Source of the DNA: an uncultured Acidobacteriota bacterium
GTDB lineage: Bacteria; Acidobacteriota; Terriglobia; Terriglobales; Acidobacteriaceae
Assembly (NCBI GenBank): GCA_963730015.1
Contig: CAVSPZ010000002.1
Span: 138,142-202,141 of the forward strand
Reading direction: 5' to 3'
Length of the DNA stretch: 64,000 nt
Under the pieces are notes generated by a model. That model was not told where the DNA came from, did no database searches, and worked only from the letters and a program-made list of their open reading frames with translations. Positions 63,694 to 64,000 of this stretch are shown one piece after another; within the stretch, counting starts at the first letter, position 1; every line of letters starts with the position of its first letter. A program made the position numbers and the translations under genes.

Positions 63694-64000
63694 CGCTACT
63701 GCGATCCGTGCGCGTCGACGCCCCGCCCTGGTTCACCGCAATCGCATTTCCTCTTCTGTCCTGTTCTGTTTCTGTGCTGGCACAACATTACCAAGTCGCC
63801 ATCCCCACGGTTACTGATGTAATTCCACTCTCCTTCCGCCGATGCGGCATTTACGGGCACTCGCCGCGACGTTAACTTGAGCCTGTGGATGACAGTTCCA
63901 CAAAACAAAATCGAAACGGAGGATTACAAAGTGAAATCGCTAACCAGATGGATTATGGCTTGCGCCGTGCTCGCCCTTCCCTTGGCAGCCAACGCACAGC
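63521..64000. repeat. segmental duplication, copy B
   Basis: See 61727-62230. The copy extends to the window edge. Confidence 0.7.
63931..64000 (+). CDS. 5' end of another paralog of 62169..62759 (runs off the window)
   Basis: GTGAAATCGCTAACCAGATGGATTATGGCTTGCGCC... is the same start as at 62169, preceded by the same duplicated intergenic region. Confidence 0.5.
   Translation, partial: MKSLTRWIMACAVLALPLAANAQ

Overview
64-kb accessory region, heavily reworked by mobile DNA. It comes from a moderately GC-rich bacterium whose gene content (Flp-type pilin, many PilZ/GGDEF/EAL proteins, YVTN propellers, small Cys-rich ORFs) looks Acidobacteriota-like; that is inference only. I see five IS elements (IS110 x2, IS3, IS4, IS21), ICE/plasmid relics (two DUF932 gene fragments) and about ten genes broken by frameshift or truncation. 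Four things stand out. (1) A translationally coupled five-gene minus-strand operon (14867-18082) is built around a ThiF/E1-like adenylyltransferase and a PRTRC-B/Prok-E2_B-like protein. It has no recognisable ubiquitin-like, JAB or ParB partner and is followed by an AlbA_2/Schlafen-type protein. (2) A compact array of 14 tRNA genes (22577-23915) has several non-canonical anticodon loops (C33, U37) or altered elbows, and sits between a DUF4297/Cap4-like nuclease gene and IS elements. (3) Two adjacent redox genes (OsmC-like and AhpC/TSA-like) each carry an in-frame TGA exactly where the catalytic Cys is expected, each followed by a similar small hairpin; they are candidate selenoproteins. (4) A c-di-GMP signalling neighbourhood (49-64 kb) contains a duplicated module of divergent secreted-protein genes plus PilZ. 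Ordinary metabolic and stress genes (SDR, bacterioferritin, methyltransferase, GNAT, TlpA-like) fill 27-46 kb. All domain calls come from my own motif recognition on the supplied translations and manual RNA folding. No search or computation was run.
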